From Armatimonadota bacterium (GTDB taxonomy: Bacteria > Armatimonadota > HRBIN16), in contig OY781964.1 of NCBI GenBank assembly GCA_963677485.1, forward strand, positions 2,976,001 through 3,040,000: DNA of 64,000 nt, given 5' to 3'. A program made the position numbers and the translations under genes. Below the pieces are notes generated by a model. That model searched no databases and was not told where the DNA came from. It worked only from the letters and a program-made list of their open reading frames with translations. Of this stretch, positions 33,037 to 43,072 are shown in pieces. Position 1 is the stretch's first letter; each line of letters begins with the position of its first letter.

Positions 33037-35916
33037 ATGGGTTCATTGATAAATCGATCACGCGCGTGTATGGCCGCGGCCGTATTCACCGGCTGGCACG
33101 GGATTGGGGGCGACTGGAGCGCGACCGACACCGGGTGTCACGGAAACTGCCCCGGTAACGGCTTCTTCGTCTCTACCAAGGCTGTAGACCGCTCCGCGCC
33201 ATTCAGCTTTGAAGCGGATATGAAATTCACGGACGGCGGCAATGCGGCGGGGATCGTGTTTGGCATTAAGAATCCCGAAAACCCGCTGGCAAAGTGGTAC
33301 TGCATCAATGTGGTGAATGGCGGCGGAATCTCTATGATCTTCACGGAGACCGATTCGCGAGCTGACTGGATCGACAATAAGCAGCTTGAACCCGCCGAGA
33401 AGAGTGCTGGCAGCTATCACCTGAAGGTGGAACGCAAGCTTAAAGATGGCCCCTTCAGCTTTTACGTGAACGGTCGGCTCATCCACACCAAAGAGATGCC
33501 GTATTTTAAGGGCGGCTATTTCGGCGTGATGACATGCGGTGCTCAAGCCGATTTCGCGAACGTCGAGTGTTCTATCAATGGCAGCCCGGAAAGCTTCAAC
33601 ACCAACCTGACCGGTTGGAAGAGCATGGAAGGACCCTGGCAAGTGACGGCCAACGGCTACCAACCGCCATCGGAGACTGAGAGCTGGGCTCTGTGTGACC
33701 AGAACATCGAAGCCGACGCGAGCTTCATATATGAGGGTGACATCTTGATGCCCGCCGAAAGTTCAGGTGGCCTGGTCTTTGGAGCGCAGACGGCAGGCTC
33801 AGCCCAGAAACCAAACCGATGGGTGCAGTTCGGTGTGGAGAAAGGCGCGACAGCCACCGTCACCGCCCATTCTGAAGCGGGCGTGGACTGGACGCTCAGT
33901 CGGCCTTTGACCGATGCGGAAAAGAAAACTGGCCATTACCGGCTGCGTGTGGAGTGCCTGGAGAAGCATACCGCCAGATTCCTGCTTAACGAGAATATGG
34001 TGGGCAGCAAGGAGCTGGCTGTTTCCGCCGGTGGTATGTTCGGTATCACCGCCACAGGTTCGAATGTCTGCATCGATAATGTGAACTACTTCCCCGCTTC
34101 GATGCCGAAACTGAAGAAGCTGGAAATCGGCGGGGCCAAACTGGATCGAGCCTTCGACCCCGTTGTGCCGGTCTACTGGTCTACTGTAGGATACAAGATC
34201 AAGTCGGTGAAGATCAAAGCGGTGGCCAACTATACCTCCTCACTGATGATCAACGCGTCAGAGCCTGTCGGTGGGAAGCCGGTGGAGGTCGCCCTGTCGG
34301 AGGGCTACAACACCATCCGGGTGAAGGCCTGCGACAAGGGATCTGATCTGGTGAAGCAGTACACCATCAACCTGATCCGTAAGCCGAATCCCGCCACGAT
34401 ATACAAAGAGACGGCGCGACCGCAGTTCCACTTTACGCCCTTCATGTACCAAATGAATGACCCCAACGGGCTGGTTTACAACGAGGCGACGGGCGAGTAT
34501 CACCTCTTCTTCCAGTGTAACCGGCCGTTCGACACCGGTCTGCCGGATGTCACGGGCACCACCGCCTGGGGCCACGCCGTGTCGCGCGACATGATGAACT
34601 GGGAGGAGTGGCCGCTGGCGATCCTCCCCGACAAAAATGGGATGGCCTGGAGCGGGTCGTGCGTGACCGACCGCAACAACAGCTCCGGGCAGTTTGATAG
34701 CAGCACCCCGGCCGGGGCCAGGATGGTGGCCTTCTGGGCCAGTGTGAGCGGCGACTCGACCTACGGCTACGCCAAGGAGAGCATGGCCTATTCGAAAGAT
34801 GGTGGCCGCACCTGGATATCTCATCCGAGTAACCCGGTAGTCAAGAATCCCGGAAGCATATATGGCGGAGGGCTGCGCGACCCCAAAGTGAACTGGTATG
34901 TTGATAAATCGATGCCGAACGGCGGCATCTGGATGATGGTCACCGTGGGCGGGACGCATATCTTCACCTCGCACAACCTGATCGACTGGACTCATTGCGG
35001 GGCCATGAAGGACGTGAATGGCGGGAGTTTCGACTCCGAATGCCCCGACCTGTTCCCGTTGGCGGTCGATGGCGATCCGAATAACATCAAGTGGGTGTTC
35101 ACGGGCAGCGGGGTGTTCTATTTGATCGGGCACATGGAGAAGACCGGCGAGGACAAGCTGATGTTCGTGCCAGAAACCGAGAAGATCGTGCCACTGGAGG
35201 GCTTTGCCGACCTGGTGCCGGGGATGCCTCTGCCCGAAACATACGCCACCCAGACCTTCTACAACGACCCGAAGGGGCGTCGGGTTTCGATTAGCTGGAT
35301 CCGCGACCCTTTGATGGGATGGAAAGACAAGAACTGGAACAGTGCCCAGTCGCTGCCGCTGGAGAACAAGCTGCGCACCATCAACGGCAAAGTGACGCTG
35401 GTGAAGTACCCGGTGGCCGAGGTCAACAAGATGCGCAATGGCAGGCCCATATTGAGCCTGCGCCATCAGGCCGTGGATGCCGGCAGTTCCAACCCGCTGC
35501 AGGGGATTTGCGCCTCAGTGGCGGACATCGATGCGGTGATCACGCTGGGCACCGCCACGGAGCTTGGCTTCAAGCTGCGGGTGGGTGAGGCCGCGGGTGG
35601 ACAGCAACTGCTGGTCAGATATGACAGGAAACAGGGCAAGCTGTTTGTGGACAAGCTGAAGAGCGGGGCCGGATGGGTCGGCGTGTATGAGGCCGCGATG
35701 CTGCCCATGCCGGGCGATAAGATCAAGCTGCAGATGCTGCTGGACCAGATCTGCTTCGACGTGTTCGGCAACGAGGGGGCGGTTTCCATCCTGGGGCTGA
35801 TCTACTCGGAGTTTGAGAACAACGGCATGGAGTTCTTCACCAACGGCACCGCCACCATCGATTCGCTGGATGTCTTCAAGATGAAGTCGATGAAGCGCAG
35901 CGCCAGCAAGCTGTAA
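33037..35916 (+). CDS. GH32 paralog with two CBM66-like domains and a cadherin-like domain
   Basis: Same catalytic motifs (MNDPNG, RDPKV, ECPDLF). Colinear with the upstream gene. Confidence 0.92.
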   Translation: MGSLINRSRACMAAAVFTGWHGIGGDWSATDTGCHGNCPGNGFFVSTKAVDRSAPFSFEADMKFTDGGNAAGIVFGIKNPENPLAKWYCINVVNGGGISMIFTETDSRADWIDNKQLEPAEKSAGSYHLKVERKLKDGPFSFYVNGRLIHTKEMPYFKGGYFGVMTCGAQADFANVECSINGSPESFNTNLTGWKSMEGPWQVTANGYQPPSETESWALCDQNIEADASFIYEGDILMPAESSGGLVFGAQTAGSAQKPNRWVQFGVEKGATATVTAHSEAGVDWTLSRPLTDAEKKTGHYRLRVECLEKHTARFLLNENMVGSKELAVSAGGMFGITATGSNVCIDNVNYFPASMPKLKKLEIGGAKLDRAFDPVVPVYWSTVGYKIKSVKIKAVANYTSSLMINASEPVGGKPVEVALSEGYNTIRVKACDKGSDLVKQYTINLIRKPNPATIYKETARPQFHFTPFMYQMNDPNGLVYNEATGEYHLFFQCNRPFDTGLPDVTGTTAWGHAVSRDMMNWEEWPLAILPDKNGMAWSGSCVTDRNNSSGQFDSSTPAGARMVAFWASVSGDSTYGYAKESMAYSKDGGRTWISHPSNPVVKNPGSIYGGGLRDPKVNWYVDKSMPNGGIWMMVTVGGTHIFTSHNLIDWTHCGAMKDVNGGSFDSECPDLFPLAVDGDPNNIKWVFTGSGVFYLIGHMEKTGEDKLMFVPETEKIVPLEGFADLVPGMPLPETYATQTFYNDPKGRRVSISWIRDPLMGWKDKNWNSAQSLPLENKLRTINGKVTLVKYPVAEVNKMRNGRPILSLRHQAVDAGSSNPLQGICASVADIDAVITLGTATELGFKLRVGEAAGGQQLLVRYDRKQGKLFVDKLKSGAGWVGVYEAAMLPMPGDKIKLQMLLDQICFDVFGNEGAVSILGLIYSEFENNGMEFFTNGTATIDSLDVFKMKSMKRSASKL

Positions 35917-36318
35917 GGGCGGTTCGCGAACTGCCCTCTCCTCCGATGCCACTGTCCGGGGCGGTCTGACAGTAATATGGCGGTTGCAGATGGCTATAGA
36001 CCGCGCCGGTCTTTTTCCTTGGCGTACGGCGATTGGCACGGAGGGGACGTTCTCACGCGAAGACGCGAAGGCGCGAAGGTGTAATGACCGGCGCGGTTTT
36101 TCAGTACGCTGGCGATAGCTATGTAGATACCCTCCGCGCCGGTCTGGCGGATAGCCCGTGATCGAGGCGATATCAGCCGCGGGTTTTGTCACCCACACAC
36201 GACTACGTTCCGGGAGCTGACGCTCCGGGAACTGCGTTCGGTGCGGGTTCCTGCACCGCGCGGCTGATCATTAGCGGCCGGCGTCGCTCCGCTCCGGCCG
36301 GCGCAGGGAGGTCCCCGC
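35913..36318. repeat. Mosaic repeat cluster (REP 35913-35937, family A parts 35948-36156, family D 36176-36318)
   Basis: GTAAGGGCGGTTCGCGAACTGCCCT; GTCCGGGGCGGTCT..AGACCGCGCCGGTCT; GGCTGATCATTAGCGG.CGGCGTCGCT.CGCTCCGGCCGGCGCAGGG also at 40685-40731. Confidence 0.8.
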
Positions 36319-36857
36319 TGTCAGTTTTAGGTTAGTTAAGTCCTGCCAAACCGGTCATCTGTTCAATACGTGGTTCAAAGGGTAGAGCGGTCCGTACTGT
36401 TCAAGGTTCGGTTTATGAAATGTACTGCGTTCAGGCGGGTTGAGATAACGAACTGAAGAGCATGCCACCTCGTTGAATTGAGGGTGGTTCAGCATGGTCA
36501 ATAAGGACAGATGAGACATGTGATCACTGGTTTAGCTCTATCATGCCAAGAGCCGATTCTGCTAAACGAACGATTCATCTACCCTGCAGGCCATTCCTTT
36601 TTCTGACTTCAGGGGCCATGTACTAAGGTCACGAGTGACATCACCGATAATGTGAGGTGATATGTTTGCCTGTAAACCTAAGCCTAAACGTAAGTAAATC
36701 TCACCCCTTCAGAATAGGAGGGGTTTTAATTCTGGCATTCACAAGATTGAAATATGATGTATAATTGCCGTGGTATTGAAAGGATCAAGCGCATGCTTGG
36801 CTGTTATTCTATATAATGATGACCTTGTCTACATTTCTATGATACTCAGGTGGATTG

Positions 36858-37655
36858 ATGAGCAGCAGCGGTTCGGAGAAACAGCGTGGGCAATGGACGT
36901 GGCCTGTCATTTTAGGTATTGGACTGGCTGTGATCTCCATACTATACGCCATATACACGAATTACACATCGAAGCTAGAGAAGGAGCCGACATACACAAT
37001 AGATAGTACCAGCCTGATATCAAAGTCTCAGGCATCTATCCCTCAACTGAAAGTGTCATATAAAGGAACTCCCGTAAAGTCACTGACCTCCACTAATATT
37101 CGGTTTTGGAACGCTGGTCGAAAAGCAATTAGCCGAAGCGATATTTCAATCGAAGGTCCACTCTATATATGCGTTCCAAAGGGAGCCAACATATTATTGT
37201 TTGGTATGATCAAGACTACAGGTAGTAATGCTAAGCCATCACTTAAGCGTATCATTACGCCTGAAGGTGAGCGAGTGTTGGTTGATTTTGAGTTCCTGAA
37301 TTATAACGATGGATTTATGGTGCAACTATTGACAGATGGTAATAACGGAGGTGACTGGAAAGTAACAGGGATACTGAGAGATTCACAGCCCATAGCCATT
37401 ACATCGGCAAGTGCAATACCAACATCAAAGCAAAATGAGTATATCTTTTTACTTATATTTTATGTATTTATCCTTATCGTCGCACTACAAATGATCGTTA
37501 GTACTATTAGATGGAAGAATGATGAATATCTAAAGATATTTATGTGGTCTATGCTCGCTCTAATTACCATAGCTGTGGTGTTATTATTGCTCTGCTTATT
37601 CGGGATAACTAGTTTCCTTTTAGGGAATTCTTATATTCCACAGACACTTCGTTGA
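36858..37655 (+). CDS. AT-rich hypothetical membrane protein (1 N-terminal and 2 C-terminal TM segments)
   Basis: Hydrophobic segments; FWNAG..I and FEFLN..D motifs; visibly lower GC than neighbours. Confidence 0.75.
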   Translation: MSSSGSEKQRGQWTWPVILGIGLAVISILYAIYTNYTSKLEKEPTYTIDSTSLISKSQASIPQLKVSYKGTPVKSLTSTNIRFWNAGRKAISRSDISIEGPLYICVPKGANILLFGMIKTTGSNAKPSLKRIITPEGERVLVDFEFLNYNDGFMVQLLTDGNNGGDWKVTGILRDSQPIAITSASAIPTSKQNEYIFLLIFYVFILIVALQMIVSTIRWKNDEYLKIFMWSMLALITIAVVLLLLCLFGITSFLLGNSYIPQTLR

Positions 37656-37810
37656 GGCCTTCCTCATACAGCTATTCATTCAGCCTGCAGGAAACAGTGG
37701 GCTTTCTCTTTTATGTACTGGTATAATCAGAACGTCAGCTTATATTTTCTTAAGATAGTGACAACACACTACCTGTGGTTACATTGGTTAACTACTATGA
37801 CTACATCTGA

Positions 37811-37885
37811 GCGGGAGTAGTTCAGCGGTAGAACGTCAGCTTCCCAAGCTGGATGTCGCGAGTTCGATCCTCGTCTCCCGCTCCA
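37811..37885 (+). tRNA. tRNA-Gly (CCC)
   Basis: GCGGGAG..CAGC-TTCCCAA-GCTG..GTTCGATC..CTCCCGCTCCA. Confidence 0.97.
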
Positions 37886-38064
37886 ACACCTTACACCCCA
37901 GCGCCTACATTCTCCGCCCGTTGTCGCAGATGCTCCCCTCGTGTTACACTTCAGACAGGATGGCGTTGCGCTGCAACTCAGTCGACAGGATATGAAATTG
38001 GCGGTAACACCAGGAGCGGAGGGTAAGCACATGAAGTCAGCAGATCCCGCAGCCGGATACTAAT

Positions 38065-39222
38065 ATGAACAAGCGGTTTTTGGCATATATGTGTGTTCAA
38101 AGCGGATTTTTGATGAACATCGCCGCCGGGGTCCAGGTCACGAAACTGGAGACCTCAGCACCGAATCTGCTGCTGACAGCCGGTCGAATCACTTATATTC
38201 AACGGGAGCTTCGCGCTGGTAATCCGGTGATATCTGAAGCCTATCAGCAGCTCATCGGCAATGCCGAAGCCAGTATGGCTCTGTCACCTGATCCTATAGT
38301 AGGTGAAGTCCGGGTTCCGGGATTCTACACCAGCAAGCGTGAAGAACACCGGGCGGTGGTCAGGAGGCTTAGGTTGGACGCCAACGCGGCGAACTGCCTG
38401 GCTCTGGCTTATGCGATCAGCAAAGAGCGTAAATATGCGGATAAATCGAAAGAGTATCTCTACGCATGGGTGCATAAACTGGGCCAGCCCCGTGATGGCG
38501 GCACCTGGCTGGATGCGTTGACGCTGAGCAAAAAGGGCGACACACCGCTTGTGATCACCTATACATTTCCGAGTTTCATGTACGCCTTCGATACCTTGCA
38601 GGGGCTTGGGCAACTGTCCGAAAGTGAGATCAATGAGTTCCGCCAATGGCTGCGTGTCTACGTCAACTACTGCGCACACGAACGCATGTTCAAGAACAAC
38701 CACTACAACTGGCAGGCGCTGTTTATGCTGTGTGCCGGGCATGTGCTCCAAGATAATGATGTTTTCACCACAGGCATGAGGTATTTCAAGAAGAGCATCG
38801 ACTACCAGATACTGGGCGATGGTTCGTTGGCCCTTGAGATGTGGCGTGAGGATAAGTGCGGAACATATACCTTGATGGCGCTTGAGGCCATGGTTCAGGG
38901 GGCACATATCGCCGTGGTCCATGGTCACCCAGAGGTGCTGACGACTCGATCTCGGTTTGGAGCGAGTATGAAGGATGCGGTCGATTGCCTGATCAGCTTT
39001 CTTGATGATCCTGACCACTGGCAGACGAACAGGCGCAGGTGGTATGTGGGCTACACGAAACAAAACAGGCCTGATGACAACTCAAACTGGGGCTGGCTTC
39101 AGGAACTTCCGCACGTGTGGTGGCCTGATGCGAAATACCCTGCATACATGCAGAAGCGTCCGTATGGTCTGGGCGACCGCGCCTACACGCTGAACTACTC
39201 CACGCTGCTCTTCGCGCGCTGA
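38065..39222 (+). CDS. Alginate lyase family (alpha/alpha toroid) protein
   Basis: LALAY....KYA, NNHYNW, QI..DGSL..E..R, Y.L.ALE. Confidence 0.75.
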   Translation: MNKRFLAYMCVQSGFLMNIAAGVQVTKLETSAPNLLLTAGRITYIQRELRAGNPVISEAYQQLIGNAEASMALSPDPIVGEVRVPGFYTSKREEHRAVVRRLRLDANAANCLALAYAISKERKYADKSKEYLYAWVHKLGQPRDGGTWLDALTLSKKGDTPLVITYTFPSFMYAFDTLQGLGQLSESEINEFRQWLRVYVNYCAHERMFKNNHYNWQALFMLCAGHVLQDNDVFTTGMRYFKKSIDYQILGDGSLALEMWREDKCGTYTLMALEAMVQGAHIAVVHGHPEVLTTRSRFGASMKDAVDCLISFLDDPDHWQTNRRRWYVGYTKQNRPDDNSNWGWLQELPHVWWPDAKYPAYMQKRPYGLGDRAYTLNYSTLLFAR

Positions 39223-39250
39223 TCTTGATGCGTGTTTAGTCACAGCAACG

Positions 39251-39871
39251 ATGACCTCGCGTGAACCCAACTTACATACACAGAAGGAACAAATGCCAAG
39301 CCAAACCCCTGCAATGAATATCCCCGAAACCGAACCGGAGCTGGTGGTGCTGTGCGACGACGCTGACCGTCCGATCGGCACAGCGGAAAAAGAACTCGTG
39401 CATACGGCCAACACCCCGCTGCACCAAGCCTTCAGCCTGTTCCTGTTCAACCCTAAAGGCGAACTGCTGTTGCAGCAGCGCAGCCACCTCAAGAAGACCT
39501 GGCCGTTGGAGTGGAGCAATAGCTGCTGCGGTCACCCGCTACCTGGGGAGAGCCGCGTTGAGGCGGTTCACCGGCGGTTTCGCGCTGAGTTAGGCTGCGA
39601 TGTGTTGAACCTGCGGTTGGAGCTGCCCGACTACCGCTACCGCGCCGAGAAAGCCGGCATTGTGGAGAATGAAATCTGCCCGGTGTTCACTGGGGTGATC
39701 TCTGGTGAGCTGCAACCTGATCCGCAGGAGGTGGAGGCGATGCGCTGGATCGGCTGGGCCGAGTTCTGTCGGCAGGTGAGTGAGGGCAGTCTGGCCGTGA
39801 GCCCGTGGTGCATTGAGGAGACTCAGTTGTTAGTGGCGAAGGGGTTTCATCCGCTGGTCAGGACGTCCTGA
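39251..39871 (+). CDS. idi: Type 1 isopentenyl-diphosphate delta-isomerase (true start may lie downstream)
   Basis: EK..VH, LH.AFS.FLFN..GELLLQQRS..KKTWP, WSNSCCGHP, ENEICPV, SPW. Confidence 0.95.
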   Translation: MTSREPNLHTQKEQMPSQTPAMNIPETEPELVVLCDDADRPIGTAEKELVHTANTPLHQAFSLFLFNPKGELLLQQRSHLKKTWPLEWSNSCCGHPLPGESRVEAVHRRFRAELGCDVLNLRLELPDYRYRAEKAGIVENEICPVFTGVISGELQPDPQEVEAMRWIGWAEFCRQVSEGSLAVSPWCIEETQLLVAKGFHPLVRTS

Positions 39872-40302
39872 TCCACATCGGACTCCGGCGATGAATCGAC
39901 TGTAGTCTGCCGACCTTGGTCAAGGACTGCCACATCATCCACAAAAGCCGCCATCGACTTCTGCAGGTTGTCCAACACTGTCGCCCATTCACGCAGGTGT
40001 GTCTGTCCATCTGGTGAGATTCCGTAGATGTGCCGCGCGGGCCCGGTGCCGCTGGTATCCCAGCTCGATGTGACGAACCCCATGGTCTCCAGGCGCTGCA
40101 GTGTGCGGTAGAGTGCGCCGCGGTCTATTTCGGTATCGGTCAGCGCGTGTTCCGCCAGCTCTTTACTCAGTTCATAGCCATACGCCGGGCCATGGTGTTC
40201 AAGCACGAACAGCACCACAGGCTCCACAAACCGATAGAGGTTCCCCATGGCACAACTGCATGGGCGTTTTCCGGCGTGACGGTGGCACTGACCTCTGGGC
40301 AT
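39847..40302 (-). CDS. PadR family transcriptional regulator with Cys/His-rich N-terminus
   Basis: AYGYEL, GALYRTLQRLE..G.V.S.W, GPARHIY.I..G. N-terminus CHRH..RPCSC. Confidence 0.92.
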   Translation of the reverse strand: MPRGQCHRHAGKRPCSCAMGNLYRFVEPVVLFVLEHHGPAYGYELSKELAEHALTDTEIDRGALYRTLQRLETMGFVTSSWDTSGTGPARHIYGISPDGQTHLREWATVLDNLQKSMAAFVDDVAVLDQGRQTTVDSSPESDVDQDVLTSG

Positions 40303-40391
40303 CTTGTGGGTTCTCCTAATGTGGCGGATCGACAGATGTAATACATCGTAACCCTGCCATCTCTATCATCCATATTAGCATGAATCTGCTA

Positions 40392-40467
40392 TATATGCAA
40401 TATACATCTATATGCTATTGTGTTCTACTTCTAAATATGGTAACACTATAGATGTAAGTTGCATATA
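40392..40467. promoter_or_regulatory. Two 19-bp palindromic operator-like sites (40392-40410, 40449-40467)
   Basis: TATATGCA-ATA-TACATCTA and TAGATGTA-AGT-TGCATATA. Third copy at 46038-46056. Confidence 0.65.
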
Positions 40468-40627
40468 ACAGTCTGATACGGTGCCCTCAGCATTCGGGAA
40501 TATCCCCAATACTGACCCGTCCATGATGATGTGAAACAGATATGTGCAATACATATATGTGTAAACAACAAGCACCCGTCTGTGCATGCACCGCAGCCCA
40601 TGGTGTAACTGATGATGCCGGCAAATC

Positions 40628-40820
40628 GCCACGGGTTCAGTCACCCCACGGGACTGGCGTCCCTACGGGGTTTCCTCACCGCGTGGCTGATCATTAGCGG
40701 TCGGCGTCGCTTCGCTCCGGCCGGCGCAGGGCGTATCCCCGCGTCCGCTTCAGCGGACAGCCACATGATAAGCGACGGGTGACGAGGCCTGCTTTAGCGG
40801 GCTGATGGAACCCGTCGCAG
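40628..40820. repeat. Family D repeat copy plus REP-like palindromes
   Basis: Matches 36176-36318. Also GTCCGCTTCAGCGGAC and GCGACGGGT..ACCCGTCGC. Confidence 0.7.
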
Positions 40821-40972
40821 TTTGGCGGCATAACCTTAATTACGACCAGCTATATACAAGACCCGATGTTCCGGCACAACCAGGCTCGATGAAGTCTGTT
40901 GCACCGGCCATGGCCTCCAATGCCAAGTGATGGCTGAGGCCGTAACTGACGGAAACGTCAAGGAGCATACCG

Positions 40973-41536
40973 ATGAAAATCGCAATATCGTCTATGGGTA
41001 ATCAAATGGACTCGCTTGTGGACCCCCGACTTGGTCGGGCTGCATGGTTCATAATCGTCGACACGGACACCATGGACTTCAACGCAATCCCAAATGAGGC
41101 TGCGGAAGCCGGTCAAGGGGCTGGTATACAAGCCGCGCAGTTGTTGTCTAAACAGGGTGTATCGGCCGTGATCACGGGGAATGTTGGGCCCAATGCCTTT
41201 CAAGCACTGACCGCAGCCGGTATACGGATGTTCGAAGCGGTTGATGTGAGCGTGAAGACTGCCGTAGATCAGTTCATGAACGATGATGTGCAGCCGATAT
41301 TAGTCTCTGAGCCAAGTGGTTCGTCACCATCAAACCCACTCATTAACCAGGCTGCTGCGCCAACGGCTAACGGTGTGGTGCCACCCCAGTTGCCGGGTCA
41401 AGCTCAAGGCCAGGGAGCAGGCCGAGGGCGTGGCCAGGGTATGGGCCGTGGCCAAGGTCAAGGCATGGGCCGCGGTAAGGGTCAGGGCGGTGGACGTGGT
41501 GGATGTCGGCGTGCTAACGGAGGCGGTGGGGCATAA
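40973..41536 (+). CDS. NifB/NifX-family (FeMo-cofactor-binding-like) protein with Gly/Arg-rich tail
   Basis: MKIAISS..VDPRLGRA.WFII, GAGIQAAQ, VITGNVGPNAF. Confidence 0.9.
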   Translation: MKIAISSMGNQMDSLVDPRLGRAAWFIIVDTDTMDFNAIPNEAAEAGQGAGIQAAQLLSKQGVSAVITGNVGPNAFQALTAAGIRMFEAVDVSVKTAVDQFMNDDVQPILVSEPSGSSPSNPLINQAAAPTANGVVPPQLPGQAQGQGAGRGRGQGMGRGQGQGMGRGKGQGGGRGGCRRANGGGGA

Positions 41537-41565
41537 CCCCGTATGCTGCTTAAGGAGGAAACACA

Positions 41566-41820
41566 GTGCCTCAACGAGATGGAACCGGCCCCAATGGGCA
41601 AAGACAAACAACAGGCAGGGGAGTTGGTGGTTGTACGCCTGATGGACAGCCCATGGCCCCTGATCGCCGCTTTGAAGAAAATCAAACATTTTGGATGTGG
41701 CTGGGGTCATACGCTGCGTCCCTACTGAAAAGACTGTCAGCCTCAGCTAAGATCAATCGCAGCGGCCGTGGCCGATCTGGCGGCCGAGGCAGAGGCAAGG
41801 GAAAAGGACGATCATCATGA
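41566..41820 (+). CDS. DUF5320-like small protein
   Basis: MP..DGTGP.G..TGRG.GGC. GAGGA RBS; stop overlaps the next ATG. Confidence 0.75.
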   Translation: MPQRDGTGPNGQRQTTGRGVGGCTPDGQPMAPDRRFEENQTFWMWLGSYAASLLKRLSASAKINRSGRGRSGGRGRGKGKGRSS

Positions 41821-42182
41821 AAATAGCAATCACATCTGAAGGCTCAACGCCTGACAGCATAGTCGATACCAGATTTGGGCGAGCAAGCTTTATCGTAATC
41901 TACGATGAAGAGACCACAAACTATGAGACCGCCGATAATGAGCTCAATATGAATGCGGTGCAGGGGGCCGGAATCCAAACCGCTTCGCGGGTGGCCGCAT
42001 TAGGCTGTCAAGCCGTGTTGACTGGTCACGCTGGGCCTAAAGCCTTTCGAGTTCTGGAAGCCGCTAGCGTTGCTGTCTATACGGGCGTGAGTGGTACCGT
42101 GCGACAGGCAGTGGCTGCATTTTCGGCTGGCGAGCTGAAGCAGATTCATGAGGCTGACGTGGAAGGTCACTGGGGTGGCTGA
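41817..42182 (+). CDS. NifB/NifX-family protein
   Basis: MKIAITS..VDTRFGRA, GAGIQTA, TGHAGPKAF, VEGHW. Confidence 0.92.
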   Translation: MKIAITSEGSTPDSIVDTRFGRASFIVIYDEETTNYETADNELNMNAVQGAGIQTASRVAALGCQAVLTGHAGPKAFRVLEAASVAVYTGVSGTVRQAVAAFSAGELKQIHEADVEGHWGG

Positions 42183-42184
42183 TC

Positions 42185-43072
42185 ATGGGTAATGGAGTGA
42201 TCGTGATCGCAAGCGGGAAGGGCGGCACCGGAAAAACCACCGTGGCGACGAACCTCGCAGTGACCGCGAGCAATGAAGGCATCCCTGTGTGCTACATGGA
42301 TTGTGACGTAGAGGAGCCCAATGGCCATCTATTTCTAAAGCCTGTTATCGCAAGTAAAGAGCCGAGTTACGCAACCTATCCTGAGGTCGATGCGAACCTG
42401 TGTAGTGCCTGTGGCAAATGTGCCGAGTTCTGCGCCTTTAACGCTTTAGCAGTCGTGGGTGAACAGGTTCTCGTTTTTCCAACACTCTGCCATGGATGCG
42501 GGGGCTGTATGCTGATCTGCCCAAGCTGGGCGATATCGGAGCAACACCGGCAGGCCGGGTCAATAGACTCCGGTCATGCTCACAATGTGGAGTTCGTGCA
42601 AGGCTGCCTGGATGTTGGCGAGGCCCATGCGGCTCCGCTGGTCAAACAGGCGAAAAAGCACATCAACCCGCAGAATTTAACGATCATCGATGCGCCTCCA
42701 GGTACCTCCTGCCCTGTGATTGCTTCAGTCTATGGGGTCGACTATGTGGTGCTGGTGACGGAACCAACCCGATTTGGTTTGCATGACCTCAAGCTGGCTG
42801 TTGAGATGCTCAAGGTGATGGGAAGGCCGTTTGGTGTGGTGATCAATCGCTCGGGGTCATCAGATTCCTTGGTGTTGGACTACTGCCGCGAGGAAAACAT
42901 CGAGGTATTGGCCTGTGTTCCTGATGACCGCTACATTGCGAAAGCCTATTCCCGCGGCAAGATGATCGTAGATGCTTTGCCTGAGTATCAGCATGTTTTC
43001 CGATCATTGTTGTCTACTGTATTAAACAAATTAGCAGCCAGGACAGCTGCCGATAGAAATGAGGCTGTTTGA
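42185..43072 (+). CDS. MinD-like P-loop ATPase with inserted 2x[4Fe-4S] ferredoxin domain
   Basis: ASGKGGTGKTT, DCDVEEPN, CxxCxxCxxxC twice, DAPPGTSCPV. Confidence 0.93.
   Translation: MGNGVIVIASGKGGTGKTTVATNLAVTASNEGIPVCYMDCDVEEPNGHLFLKPVIASKEPSYATYPEVDANLCSACGKCAEFCAFNALAVVGEQVLVFPTLCHGCGGCMLICPSWAISEQHRQAGSIDSGHAHNVEFVQGCLDVGEAHAAPLVKQAKKHINPQNLTIIDAPPGTSCPVIASVYGVDYVVLVTEPTRFGLHDLKLAVEMLKVMGRPFGVVINRSGSSDSLVLDYCREENIEVLACVPDDRYIAKAYSRGKMIVDALPEYQHVFRSLLSTVLNKLAARTAADRNEAV

Noticed and set aside
34258-35466. Long antisense ORFs (also 12109-12948, 20056-20865, 29078-30058, 60102-61145)
   Set aside because: Shadow frames opposite well-supported genes, with no recognisable motifs.
41543-41728. 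Alternative 61-aa ORF in the NifX operon
   Set aside because: The overlapping 41566-41820 frame has the RBS, a DUF5320-like motif and translational coupling to the next gene.
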